This document shows, one piece after another, positions 48,112 through 57,695 of a DNA stretch of 64,000 bases. This stretch comes from Sphingopyxis sp. RIFCSPHIGHO2_12_FULL_65_19 (GTDB taxonomy: Bacteria; Pseudomonadota; Alphaproteobacteria; Sphingomonadales; Sphingomonadaceae): positions 1,332-65,331 of the forward strand of contig NZ_MIAM01000014.1 of assembly GCF_001830555.1 (NCBI RefSeq), written 5' to 3'. The stretch's first letter is position 1. Every line of letters begins with the position of its first letter. The notes beneath the pieces are model-generated. The model searched no databases. It was not told the origin of the DNA and saw only the letters and a program-made list of their open reading frames with translations. The translations under genes and the position numbers were made by a program.

Positions 48112-48428
48112 TTCGGCCGCTCCGGCGGTGGCGCCATGCGACTGGTGGCATCGGCGACGTCGATCGCGGTGTTCGCGGCCGAATTGACGAGCGCGCCGCC
48201 GGTCCCCGCCTTGCCGGCGACGACACTGAGCAACCCGGAACTGCGCGCCGCGCGCAGCAAGCCGCCCAGCCCCTTCTTTTTCTTTTTCTTGCACGCCTTG
48301 GCGGGGTCGACCGCCGCGGCCTGGTCGGGCGCCGCAGCGACCGGCTTGTCCTCTTCCCTGGGGGTCGCCGCCGAAGCGGGGACGACCAGGGCAAATGCGG
48401 GCAGGACCGCCCAAAAAGCAGGTTTCAT
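48105..48428 (-). CDS. Small secreted hypothetical protein (107 aa)
   Basis: RBS GAGGAG; signal peptide; CKKKKKKGLGGLL...C. Confidence 0.65.
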   Translation of the reverse strand: MKPAFWAVLPAFALVVPASAATPREEDKPVAAAPDQAAAVDPAKACKKKKKKGLGGLLRAARSSGLLSVVAGKAGTGGALVNSAANTAIDVADATSRMAPPPERPKC

Positions 48429-48539
48429 ATATATCTCCTCTGACTGCCGAGATCCGGGAACGGCGGTGCAGCACGCCCTTGCCGTCGCGCCGGATGGCCC
48501 CGCCTGCCCCGTCGCGCCGTGCGGCATAAGCACGCGCGC

Positions 48540-48568
48540 GACGAACGGCGGAACGAAGCGATGAGCGG
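48540..48568 (-). promoter_or_regulatory. LytTR-type tandem box (CCGCTCATC-N11-CCGTTCGTC on the minus strand)
   Basis: Boxes at 48560-48568 and 48540-48548; TTATGC 10 bp downstream. Confidence 0.7.
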
Positions 48569-48658
48569 CTGGACAAAGGAAACCCCGGCCGCGTCTGGAC
48601 GCGACCGGGGTCAGGGGCCGGGACGTCGGACCAGACGTCCCGGCGACGGAGAAAAGGG

Positions 48659-51600
48659 TCAGAAACGGATCGAGAGGCCGCCGGAAAATGTGCCGCGATC
48701 CTTGTTCCCCAGGTCACGGCTATAGCCGACATTGACCCGCACCGATGGTGCCAGATCGATCGACGCGCCCGCGGCAAGGTTCGCCGCGCTGCGGTCGAGC
48801 CGCGCGCCATCGACGCGCATCCCTGCCCCCGGTGCCCCCGTGAAGCCGCCGGTCGCACTCGCCGACATGCCGTCGAGCGCGAAGCGATAGCCCATCTCGA
48901 CATAGGGCGTGAACGCCGTGCCGCCCGCGTCCAGCGTCGACGACAGCTGCAACGCCACGTCGCCATAAAGCCCGCGCATCCGCTTTTTGTCGATCGACAG
49001 GGCAAAGGCGCCCGCGCCGTTTTCGGCCACTGCGTCGCGCTTGGTGTCGACATAGGTCAGGCCGACGCGCGGCGCCAAACGAATGTCCCCCAGCGCCATG
49101 CCATAATCGACGGTCAGGTCAGCAACCCAGCTGTCGAGGTCGTAACGGCCGACCGCGGCAGACGACGGCGCGGCGAGCAGCGACCGGCGCGTCGTCGCAT
49201 CCGAACCGACGCGCGCAATCATCGCGTGCATCCCCAACCCGCCAAGACGCGCATTGGCATAGGCGCCGACCGCAAAGCCGTCCGCTTTTGTCGTGGCGCC
49301 CAGCGCCCCCAGGCTTTGCCGGGTGTCGAGCGAGCCGATGAACAGGCCCGCCTGGCTATTTTCGCCAAAGCCATAGCCGATGCCGCCATAGACACCGTCG
49401 GTGCTGCTGTGCCCGCCCGATGCGCCGGTGCGTGCGCTGCCGCGCAGCTTGCCGTCGCCCATCGCTGCCTGCCCGAACAGGAACAGGCCGTCGCGTTTCG
49501 GCGCGAAGGCGACCATCTGGCGTGTGCTGGCCGACAGCGTCAGCGCCGCATCGGCACCGATATGGAGTGCCGAGGCATAGGCTTCACCCGTGAGCTGTGC
49601 AAAGGCAGTCCGGTTCGCGCGGCCCTCGGCGTCGGTCAGTATGTTCAGCGCGTCGGTATAGGCCTGCACGCCATAGCCGCCGCGCAGCACCTGGTTTGAA
49701 TAGTCGATGCTGGTCCGCACGTTCGACGGATAGGCGGCGTCATTTTCAAACTCGCTGCGGATTTGCAGGCGATTGCCGTTCTGGACGACGAAGCCGAAGA
49801 TCGTGGCGGACTTGTTGATCGTGGTAAAGCGTCCCTCGATCCCGCCTTCGGCCACGACCAGGTCGAGCAGTTCGCCCGGCGACCCTTGCAGCGCCCCGGT
49901 GATATCGACCGCCGCACCCTGTTCGATCGTCATCGTCCCAGAGATATTCAGCAAGTCGCTGACCGTCGGCGTCAGTTCAAGGAGCAGGTTCGATCCGGTG
50001 CGGAACGTCACATCGCCGTTCACCGTCATCGTGCCCGGCGACGCGCCGGGCGACAGCGTGCCGCGCACGTCGATATCGGCATTGACGGTGCCCGCCGACC
50101 CGAATGTCGCGCCCGCCCCGACAAGGATTGCCGACGACGAGGTGATCGTCGTTCCTGCCTGACCGATCAGGCGGCCGCCGGTAATCGACACGCCGTCCCA
50201 GCTCGTATCGCCGGTGAGCGACACCACGCCGCCGCTGACCGCGAGCCGCTCGAAGTCGGCAATTTCGTCGCCGCTGAACGCGAACGGGTTCTCATAGGTC
50301 GATGCCGTGCGCAGCTCGATCGTATCGACGCCTGCGCCGCCCGCATAGCTGTTGGCGGGATCAAAGCTGGCGAGGATCAGGCGATCGTCGCCCGCGCCGA
50401 GGTCGACATCGCCGACCAGCGAGCCAAGCACCGCAAGCGTGTCGTTCGCTGCCCCGCCAATAACCGGCGCGGTCAGCGTCGTGCCTGCGACGATCGTCGT
50501 CAGCCCGCCGTCGATCGACACCGAATCAAAGGTCGAGTCGAGGTCGAACCGCAGCTCGCCAGCGCCCGAGCTTTCAAGCCGCTCGAAATTGGTCGCGCCG
50601 ACCGACGACAGCGCGCGCACCGTGCCTTCGCCCTGGTTGAGCTGGAGCAGGTCGTTGCCGTCGCCGCCATCGACGCCGCCGGTGACGGTCGCACCGCTGG
50701 CGAGAAGGAAGCGGTTGTCGCCGGACCCGAAGGTCACGCCCCCCGCCGACGTCAGGCTGCTGCCCGCACCGAGTTCGAGTGCGCCATCGATGCCGACGGT
50801 CTGGAAGCTGTAGGCGCCGCCGATCAGTGCGAGCGTGCCCGGCCCCTCCGATTCCAGATCCTCGAAATTCTGGATCTGCGCAGCAATAACCGTGCGGTTT
50901 TCGTCGGCGCCCGACTGGATGCGAAGCAGGTCGCGGCCCTCGCCGCCATTGACCGTGCCGTCGAAGGCCGCGCCCGATCCGATGATCAGTTCATTGTCCG
51001 ATCCGTCGAAATTGACCGTCTGGCCCGCCCCCAGATTGCCGAGCGTCAACTGCGCTTCGCCAAAGATGTTGGCGACCTCGAACCCGTTCATGCCGTTGAT
51101 GGTCGATGCGTTGGTGAGTGTCAGGTTGAGCGTGTCGGTGCCCGCACCGCCGTCGAGCGCGCCCGACAATATCCCCGCCAGCGTCAGGTTCAGCGTGTCG
51201 TCGCCGCCGCCAAGGTTGACGCCGCCCGCCAATGTGCCGGTCACGGTCACGGCATTGTTGCTGTCATCGCCAACGATATTCTGGATCGTGCCCATGCCGT
51301 CGTTGAGGATCAGGTTCGCACCTTCGAGCAGTTCGATGGTGTCGATGTCCTGGTCGAGCGTGACGTTGATCGTGCCCTGCCCGCGCGCCGCATAGGATTC
51401 AAATCCGTTCAGCCCGCTCGGCAGGTTGCCGGTATCGCCGGCAAGCAGGAATTCAAACGTGTCGATGCCCTCCCCGCCATCGAGCAGCCCTTCGATCACG
51501 CTGCCCGCGCGCGCCACATATCGGTCGTTGCCCGCGCCCAGCAGCACGTCGCCCCTGATCGTGCCCGAATTGACGACAATGTCGTCACCCGCGCCCAGAT

Positions 51601-54523
51601 CGACGCTGCCCGAGATGGTGCCATTATTGGTGATGCGTTCGGACCCGGTGCTGCCGGTGAAGGTATATTGGCCTTCGCTGCGCACCGTGTCACCTGCGTC
51701 GACCTGGATCGAAATATTGGCAAGGCCGACGGAAGCCACATCGAAATCGCCGACGACCGACAGGATGCCGGTGCCCTGCGGCACGCCCGCGAGACCCTCG
51801 ATCCGCTCGAACTGACGATATTTGGCAGCGTCGAGCCGGCCGTTTTCGCTGCCGCTGCCGTCGATCAGCAGCGTATCGGTGCCGTCGCCGCCGAAGGCCG
51901 TTCCAGTCAACGTTCCGCCGAGCGCGAAGACATAGGCGTCGTCGCCTTCGCCCATCCGCACATCGCCCTCGACCGTGCCGCGATTCTCAAATCGGTCGTC
52001 GCCATCGGCCAGGTCGACATTGCCGATGATATTGCCTTCGTTGACGATGTCATCGGTGGTGCCAAAGGTCTGGATGGCGCTCGCGACCACCCGTTCGTCG
52101 TCGGAGTTGTTGATGGCGTCGGGGATATCCATCGCGGTGCGGCGGACAATGTCATTTTCCGCGAACACCGTGTCGACGCCGCTGCCGCGGATCGTGCCGC
52201 TGTTGGTCATGCGGAAGAACGAGCGCCCTGCGCCATCGGGATTATTGGCTTGGACGAACACGGCAACCGAGTCTGCGCCGGTCGATTCGATCGTCCCGTC
52301 ATTCTCCAGCTCGACGATCGCATTATCGCCATCGATCTGCGCGCCGAAACCATAAGCAAGCGCCGTGCCGCCATCGATATCGGCGCCGCCGCCATTGGCG
52401 CGGATCGTGCCGCTGTTGCGCACCGATGCGACGGTTTCGGGCTCGCCGCTCAATGTGCTGCCTTTGGCGATGACCGTCAGGCCGCTGCCGCCTGCGCCGC
52501 TGCCGTCGATCGTGCCGCTGTTGTCGATGTCGATCGATGCCGCTTCGATTCGGACGCCGCCGTCGATACGGCTGCCGGCCGAAATCTCGCCCGCATTGTC
52601 CAGTTCGACGCGGCCCAGCGACCGCACGGTCATGCCGAAATCGCTGTCGGCGTTCGAGCCGGGGGTTGTCTGTGCGATCCGCCCGCCTGCGCTGTTCGTG
52701 ATCCGCGCAAGATGATCTTCTGACGAGAAAGCCGCAAAAAAGGCCGAGCTATTTTGCGACGTGGCGGAAATAAGCCCCGAGTTGATGAAATCCAGCCTAT
52801 CGCCGTCGGTCGACCCGCTTTCCAGCCTGACGCCCAGGCTTCCGGTCATCGATCCTTCGTTGCGGATCGTTCCGCTGAAACCCTCACCGAAGAGCGCATA
52901 GTTGCTCGAATTAATGTCGCCGCGATTCACAAAAGTGCCGCCGCCCGGGATATTCGCGATACCCCGCAAATAGGCGCCATAGCTGGCGCCCGACGCGATG
53001 TCGGCGTCGTTGACGACCGTTCCGTCGCCGATCATCTGGATGCCGTTCGACAGCGCGCCTTCGGCGGTGACGGTCACGACCGTGTCGGTACCAGAGGCCT
53101 CGATGCCGTGCATCTCGAACCCGCTGCGCCCGTCGATGTTGAGCATGTTGTTGGCAAGCGCAACGTTCGCGCTTGCCGAATAGGATCGGCCATAGGCGTC
53201 GTGGTCCCCGCTGCCACCCTGAATGCTGCCGGTAACGGTGCCGTTGCCCTTCGCAAGATAGATGTCGTTCCCCTGCCCCAGGTCGATATCGCCGACGATC
53301 GTCCCTTCGTTGACGACGACGTCCGTGCCGGTGCTTCCCTGATAGGCGGTGGTGCTGGTGCCGGTGCTCTCGAATGCGCTGCCGACCCGGATCAGGCCCT
53401 GCGCGCCGTTGCGCAGCACCGTGGTCGGACTTGAGCCCTGCGACCGCACCGCTGCTCCGAACAGGCTGGAAATTTCTCCATCGTTGACGATCAGGGTGTT
53501 GCCCTGCGCCAGAATCGCATCGCCCGACGCCTGGATCTTGCCGATCTGGCCGCCGTTGCGCCGGTTGACGATCGTCGCGTCGGTCGCATGGATCGCGTTC
53601 GCGTTGGTGCCGCCCGCGGCGCGCGTGTTGATGCCGGAAATCGTGCCAAGATTATCGACCGAACTGGTCGTGCGGATCGCCGCCGATCCATTGATAGTGG
53701 GAAGCGAGGTCTCGCGAATCTGCACGGTTGCGCCCGCCTCGACAAAGGTTTCTGCTTCGCCGGCATTCAGCGCGGTTCCGCTGGTGGTGCTGAGCGTGAC
53801 GTTGCCCGCCACCCGGACGCTGTCGGCGGCCCGCGCATCGACAAGCTCGTTTACGCCATTGTTTGCCCGTCCGTTCTGGTTCGCGCGAATGACCAGGTCG
53901 ATCTTGCCGTCGCCCCCCTCGCCCAATCCGCGCGAGGTCGAAACGTCCCGAACGACGATCGCCGACCGGCCTTCTGCGGCGGTCGTATTGACCACCGCAT
54001 CGACATAGATCGTGCCGTCTCCGCCCAGGTTGAGCGTTTGCTCCATCTCGTTGTTCACGCCCACGCCCGGCGCGGTGAGTGTCAGGATCGAATCATTGCC
54101 CGACGCTTCATACCCGACCGCGCCAAAGGTGCGGCCATCGGCGAGCTGCGCCGTGCCCTCGAACACCGTCTCGGTCGTCGTGCCTTGCGCACGAAGCCAC
54201 AGCTGATCGACGCCGTCCTCCATAATCAGGTCGCCGGTGAAGAGCGCCGGGCTGTTCGCCGTCGCACCCAGGTTCACGTCGCCTGTCGCATGATCGAGAC
54301 GCCCGCCGTTCATGTCGAGCACGACCCGGCCATCCGCTCGCGGCACCGCAACATCGCCCTGCTGCGTCTGGCCGTCGGGCAGATAGATGAACTCATCGTC
54401 CGTCTGCGCCTGTGCCGCCGACGCCAGGATGATCGAAATGCCGGCGGCGCTCGCCAGCAACGACGTGCGGCTGAGCGCGCGGGAGACGCGGGGACGGGCG
54501 ATGCGGGGGTGGGTGAGTTTCAC
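48659..54523 (-). CDS. Large autotransporter (1954 aa) with RTX-like Ca-binding repeats in the passenger domain
   Basis: Long signal peptide ending AAQA; more than a dozen GGxGxD/LGxGxD nonapeptides; TLSPGASPGTMTVNGD; C-terminal beta-barrel ending GLSIRF; GTG start after AAAAGG. Confidence 0.9.
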   Translation of the reverse strand: MKLTHPRIARPRVSRALSRTSLLASAAGISIILASAAQAQTDDEFIYLPDGQTQQGDVAVPRADGRVVLDMNGGRLDHATGDVNLGATANSPALFTGDLIMEDGVDQLWLRAQGTTTETVFEGTAQLADGRTFGAVGYEASGNDSILTLTAPGVGVNNEMEQTLNLGGDGTIYVDAVVNTTAAEGRSAIVVRDVSTSRGLGEGGDGKIDLVIRANQNGRANNGVNELVDARAADSVRVAGNVTLSTTSGTALNAGEAETFVEAGATVQIRETSLPTINGSAAIRTTSSVDNLGTISGINTRAAGGTNANAIHATDATIVNRRNGGQIGKIQASGDAILAQGNTLIVNDGEISSLFGAAVRSQGSSPTTVLRNGAQGLIRVGSAFESTGTSTTAYQGSTGTDVVVNEGTIVGDIDLGQGNDIYLAKGNGTVTGSIQGGSGDHDAYGRSYSASANVALANNMLNIDGRSGFEMHGIEASGTDTVVTVTAEGALSNGIQMIGDGTVVNDADIASGASYGAYLRGIANIPGGGTFVNRGDINSSNYALFGEGFSGTIRNEGSMTGSLGVRLESGSTDGDRLDFINSGLISATSQNSSAFFAAFSSEDHLARITNSAGGRIAQTTPGSNADSDFGMTVRSLGRVELDNAGEISAGSRIDGGVRIEAASIDIDNSGTIDGSGAGGSGLTVIAKGSTLSGEPETVASVRNSGTIRANGGGADIDGGTALAYGFGAQIDGDNAIVELENDGTIESTGADSVAVFVQANNPDGAGRSFFRMTNSGTIRGSGVDTVFAENDIVRRTAMDIPDAINNSDDERVVASAIQTFGTTDDIVNEGNIIGNVDLADGDDRFENRGTVEGDVRMGEGDDAYVFALGGTLTGTAFGGDGTDTLLIDGSGSENGRLDAAKYRQFERIEGLAGVPQGTGILSVVGDFDVASVGLANISIQVDAGDTVRSEGQYTFTGSTGSERITNNGTISGSVDLGAGDDIVVNSGTIRGDVLLGAGNDRYVARAGSVIEGLLDGGEGIDTFEFLLAGDTGNLPSGLNGFESYAARGQGTINVTLDQDIDTIELLEGANLILNDGMGTIQNIVGDDSNNAVTVTGTLAGGVNLGGGDDTLNLTLAGILSGALDGGAGTDTLNLTLTNASTINGMNGFEVANIFGEAQLTLGNLGAGQTVNFDGSDNELIIGSGAAFDGTVNGGEGRDLLRIQSGADENRTVIAAQIQNFEDLESEGPGTLALIGGAYSFQTVGIDGALELGAGSSLTSAGGVTFGSGDNRFLLASGATVTGGVDGGDGNDLLQLNQGEGTVRALSSVGATNFERLESSGAGELRFDLDSTFDSVSIDGGLTTIVAGTTLTAPVIGGAANDTLAVLGSLVGDVDLGAGDDRLILASFDPANSYAGGAGVDTIELRTASTYENPFAFSGDEIADFERLAVSGGVVSLTGDTSWDGVSITGGRLIGQAGTTITSSSAILVGAGATFGSAGTVNADIDVRGTLSPGASPGTMTVNGDVTFRTGSNLLLELTPTVSDLLNISGTMTIEQGAAVDITGALQGSPGELLDLVVAEGGIEGRFTTINKSATIFGFVVQNGNRLQIRSEFENDAAYPSNVRTSIDYSNQVLRGGYGVQAYTDALNILTDAEGRANRTAFAQLTGEAYASALHIGADAALTLSASTRQMVAFAPKRDGLFLFGQAAMGDGKLRGSARTGASGGHSSTDGVYGGIGYGFGENSQAGLFIGSLDTRQSLGALGATTKADGFAVGAYANARLGGLGMHAMIARVGSDATTRRSLLAAPSSAAVGRYDLDSWVADLTVDYGMALGDIRLAPRVGLTYVDTKRDAVAENGAGAFALSIDKKRMRGLYGDVALQLSSTLDAGGTAFTPYVEMGYRFALDGMSASATGGFTGAPGAGMRVDGARLDRSAANLAAGASIDLAPSVRVNVGYSRDLGNKDRGTFSGGLSIRF

Positions 54524-54661
54524 GGGTGGGGACCTTTTCAATGACCTGAATGGTTGCCGGAGCGCACACGGGGCACCCTCCGGCGTCGCCACGCGACCGG
54601 GGGAGTCCACATGGCGTCCGGCGCATTGGCCGACGGGCACCAACGCCGGGATAGCCAGCGC

Positions 54662-54690
54662 GACCAATGGCGCACTCACGCGATCAATGG
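54662..54690 (-). promoter_or_regulatory. LytTR-type tandem box (CCATTGATC-N11-CCATTGGTC on the minus strand)
   Basis: Boxes at 54682-54690 and 54662-54670, oriented toward the autotransporter. Confidence 0.68.
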
Positions 54691-54766
54691 TCGCAATTTC
54701 AGCAAAAAAGACATGATTTGAACGCGATATATCGCCATAAAATCAGTCGGCCATCAGGTCGCCATC

Positions 54767-55957
54767 ATGGCTTTTGCGGCGCCGGCGATCCAGACCGCCA
54801 ACAATCATTCAACAGCGATGGGCACCATGATTCAGCCGTTTGCGAATTCACCTCTGTCAAAGCGCGCCAGCGGCTCCGCCGCGGCGCAGCCCCTCGTCTT
54901 TGCCATCTGGATCACAAGCTATCTGGCGATAGATCTCATCATGTGGGCCGGGGGACGATCGACCCTGGTCAGCAATATCGTCATCAGCTTGCCGATGATG
55001 CTCACCGCCCCGTTGCTGACGATGCGGCTCGACCGGCTGCGACGGCGGCTGCTCCCCCTCGGCGGCGTCCCGGTCACGCTCGTGCTGGTCCCCGCCGCCT
55101 TTGGCGCGGCCATGATGCAGGGCGCGGTCGACTATGCCTCGGTCCGCGTCGCGGCGGCGATGCTCTTTCCCGACTGGCAGGTCCATGTCCCGACCGAGCA
55201 TCGCCAGTTCGGCTTCGGCATTTACGTCTATACCCTGCATTTCCTGTGCTGCCTGCTGGCCCTGACGTTGCTTCAGGCCCGGCAGTCGGTCGAAGTCGCC
55301 GTCCGGCGGCATGACGAGGCGCTGGGCGCCCGGCGCCGGGCAGAGGCACAGGCGCTCCGCCTTCAGCTCAATCCGCATTTCCTGTTCAACGCGCTCAATT
55401 CGATCGCGGCGCTGGTCGCGACCGGCGGGAACCGCGTCGCCGATGCGATGATCTGCCGCCTCAGCGACTTCATGCGCGCCACCATGACGGGCGCCGCGGA
55501 AAGCGACGTCAGCCTGGCAAAGGAAATTGCGACCACCGAATCCTATCTGGCGATCGAGCGGCTTCGGTTCGGCGATCGGCTGCGCTTCGCCTTCAACGTC
55601 GCGCCCGATGCATGGGACGCCACCACCCCGCCGCTTATCCTGCAACCGCTGGCCGAAAATGCCGTCAAACATGGCCTCGCGATCCCGCATAGCGCCATCC
55701 ATGTGCAGACCGACGTCGAACGCGTCGGCGACCTGCTCGCCATCACCGTCACCGACCGGCGCGTCGCCACGGGCGCCGACGCTGTCCGCGTCGTCCCCGA
55801 CGGCACCGGGGTCGGCCTGGGCAATGTTCGCGATCGCGTCGCCTTGTTCGGCGCCAGCGGCGGGCAGGTCGAAACCGAGGTCCTCGACGACGGCTTTTGC
55901 GTCCGACTGGTCCTTCCCTATCGGCGTTTCGCGACAGCGGGGGAGGTCGCGCAATGA
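54767..55957 (+). CDS. LytS/YehU-family membrane sensor histidine kinase
   Basis: N-terminal TM helices; QLNPHFLFNALNSI H-box; QPLAENAVKHG; GTGVGLGNV. Start may be 54818 or 54827. Confidence 0.92.
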   Translation: MAFAAPAIQTANNHSTAMGTMIQPFANSPLSKRASGSAAAQPLVFAIWITSYLAIDLIMWAGGRSTLVSNIVISLPMMLTAPLLTMRLDRLRRRLLPLGGVPVTLVLVPAAFGAAMMQGAVDYASVRVAAAMLFPDWQVHVPTEHRQFGFGIYVYTLHFLCCLLALTLLQARQSVEVAVRRHDEALGARRRAEAQALRLQLNPHFLFNALNSIAALVATGGNRVADAMICRLSDFMRATMTGAAESDVSLAKEIATTESYLAIERLRFGDRLRFAFNVAPDAWDATTPPLILQPLAENAVKHGLAIPHSAIHVQTDVERVGDLLAITVTDRRVATGADAVRVVPDGTGVGLGNVRDRVALFGASGGQVETEVLDDGFCVRLVLPYRRFATAGEVAQ

Positions 55958-56793
55958 AAGGGCGCATCGAACGGCCGCTGGATATTGTCGCGATCGACGA
56001 CGAACCGCTGGCGCTCGCGCGACTGGCGCTGCTCGTTCGCGATATACCCGGCACCCGGCTGGTCGGATCGATCGGCGATCCGGACGTCGCCCTGTCGTGC
56101 ATCGCGGAGCGCCGGCCCGACATCGTCCTGCTCGATATCGAAATGCCGGGCACAAACGGCATCGAACTGGCGTCGAAGCTCCTCCATATGGACGGTTATC
56201 GCCCGTTCGTCATTTTTGTGACCGCGTTCCAGCACCATGCGATAACGGCCTTTCAGGCGCAGGCGATCGACTATGTCCTGAAACCCGTCACCTATGCGCG
56301 CCTGGCACAAGCGATCGCCCGCGTCCGCATCCTGGTGCATCATCAGCGCATGTCGGCCGAGGCGCGCGACTATGAACGGCGCCTGCTGGAGCTGCACGAA
56401 TCGGCGGGTCCGCAACATGATCCGCGCGACGGCGAAGAGATTTGGGCATCGCGGGGAAGCGAGTTCGTGCGGCTGCGGACCGGCGAGATCGAGCGCGCGG
56501 AATCCGAACGCGACTATGTCCATATCCACAACGCCGAACGCGCGTTTCTTCTCCGCACCACGCTCGGCGCGCTGCACGACCGATTGGGGCACGACCGTTA
56601 TGTTCGCGTCCGCCGTTCCGCGATCGTCAGGCTCGATCGCATCAGCGCCGTCCGCAACCGCGGATATGGCGATATTCAGATCCTGCTGCGGTCCGGCGCC
56701 ACGGTGCAGGTCGGGCGAACCTACCTGAAACCGCTGCGGCAGCGAATGATCGGGATCAATCCCGCCAGGCGGTTCGACCTGTTGGACGCTTGA
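55954..56793 (+). CDS. LytTR-family response regulator
   Basis: DDEPLA, LLDIEMPG, FVTAF, YVLKP; LytTR tail ERDYVHIH...YVRVRRSAIV...VGRTY; ATGA-coupled to the kinase. Confidence 0.94.
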   Translation: MKGRIERPLDIVAIDDEPLALARLALLVRDIPGTRLVGSIGDPDVALSCIAERRPDIVLLDIEMPGTNGIELASKLLHMDGYRPFVIFVTAFQHHAITAFQAQAIDYVLKPVTYARLAQAIARVRILVHHQRMSAEARDYERRLLELHESAGPQHDPRDGEEIWASRGSEFVRLRTGEIERAESERDYVHIHNAERAFLLRTTLGALHDRLGHDRYVRVRRSAIVRLDRISAVRNRGYGDIQILLRSGATVQVGRTYLKPLRQRMIGINPARRFDLLDA

Positions 56794-56837
56794 ACCGCTT
56801 TTGGGGGCGCCGCAGCGGTTTACGGACCGGACCGGCG

Positions 56838-56882
56838 CCGTTCGTCGAACGATCGCCGCGTTCATCGCAAATCCGCTTGCCA
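56838..56882 (+). promoter_or_regulatory. LytTR-type tandem box (CCGTTCGTC-N11-GCGTTCATC) followed 10 bp later by TTGCCA
   Basis: The first box is identical to the AlgR core CCGTTCGTC. Confidence 0.75.
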
Positions 56883-56956
56883 ATCGGCGCAACCGGACCT
56901 GTTGCATTCCGGCGAGGGCGCGTCCGGTTTTGCTCCCCATGACGAAAGGCAGCAGC

Positions 56957-57670
56957 GTGAACGGATTGACGGGGTTGGCAGGAACGCTGGCAGTGTTGTT
57001 GCTGCTGGGACTGGTCGTTGGCTTTGCTGATCGTCAGCGCTTTTCCGTGCGCTGGCTTCTGGTCGCGGCCCTGCTCGTGGCGCTCAACGACATGCTGCTT
57101 ACGCGCGCCTATGGGCTGCTTCCCGAACTGATCGGCGGATCGTGGAACTGGCAGGGCAAGCTGCTCGCGCTTTGCGCAACGCTTGCCGTCGCTTCCTTGC
57201 CGGCCTTCGGCTGGCGCCGCGCTGGCCTGACGCTGTCGCAGGAGCCCGGAAGCCTGCGCGCCGCCCTGCCGGTCGCGGCGCTTTATTGCGCCTTCTTCAT
57301 TGCCATCGCGCTCGCCTTCCCCGGCGAGCCTGCGGATGTGGAAACGGCCGCTTTTCAACTGACCATGCCGGGTATCGAAGAGGAACTCTTCTATCGCGGC
57401 CTGCTGTTGTTCGCCCTCGACCAGGCATTCCGCGGCCGACGGCGGTTTCTGGGTGTCGATTGGGGCTGGGGCGCCGTGCTGTCCTCTATGCTGTTCGGGA
57501 TGGCCCATGCTTTCGGATATTCGGATGGGCAATTCTCGTTCGACGCGATCACAATGGCGCTGACCGCCGTTCCCGCATTCCTTGCGGTCTGGTTGCGTCT
57601 GCGAACGGGCAGTGTGCTTCTGCCCGTCCTCCTTCACAATTTCGGCAACTCTTTTTCCCTGTTCGTCTGA
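56957..57670 (+). CDS. CPBP (CAAX protease/Abi family) intramembrane metalloprotease
   Basis: GIEEELFYRG, FGMAH, LLHNFGN; multiple TM helices; GTG start after GAAAGG (alternative 56939). Confidence 0.9.
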   Translation: MNGLTGLAGTLAVLLLLGLVVGFADRQRFSVRWLLVAALLVALNDMLLTRAYGLLPELIGGSWNWQGKLLALCATLAVASLPAFGWRRAGLTLSQEPGSLRAALPVAALYCAFFIAIALAFPGEPADVETAAFQLTMPGIEEELFYRGLLLFALDQAFRGRRRFLGVDWGWGAVLSSMLFGMAHAFGYSDGQFSFDAITMALTAVPAFLAVWLRLRTGSVLLPVLLHNFGNSFSLFV

Positions 57671-57695
57671 CGGCGACACCGAAAGTCGCGGCGAT

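Noticed and set aside
48617-48644. Hairpin GCCGGGACGTC-GGACCA-GACGTCCCGGC after the autotransporter
   Set aside because: No U-tract, so it was not called as an intrinsic terminator; it may still be a pause or stability element.
47653-49053. 466-aa ORF as listed in the track
   Set aside because: The N-terminal two-thirds overlap other genes and a promoter; only the part from 48111 (lipobox) looks real. Similar over-extended starts were trimmed at 21568, 23202, 33109, 43590, 55897 and 57582.
49763-52723. 986-aa plus-strand ORF
   Set aside because: Antisense to the autotransporter.
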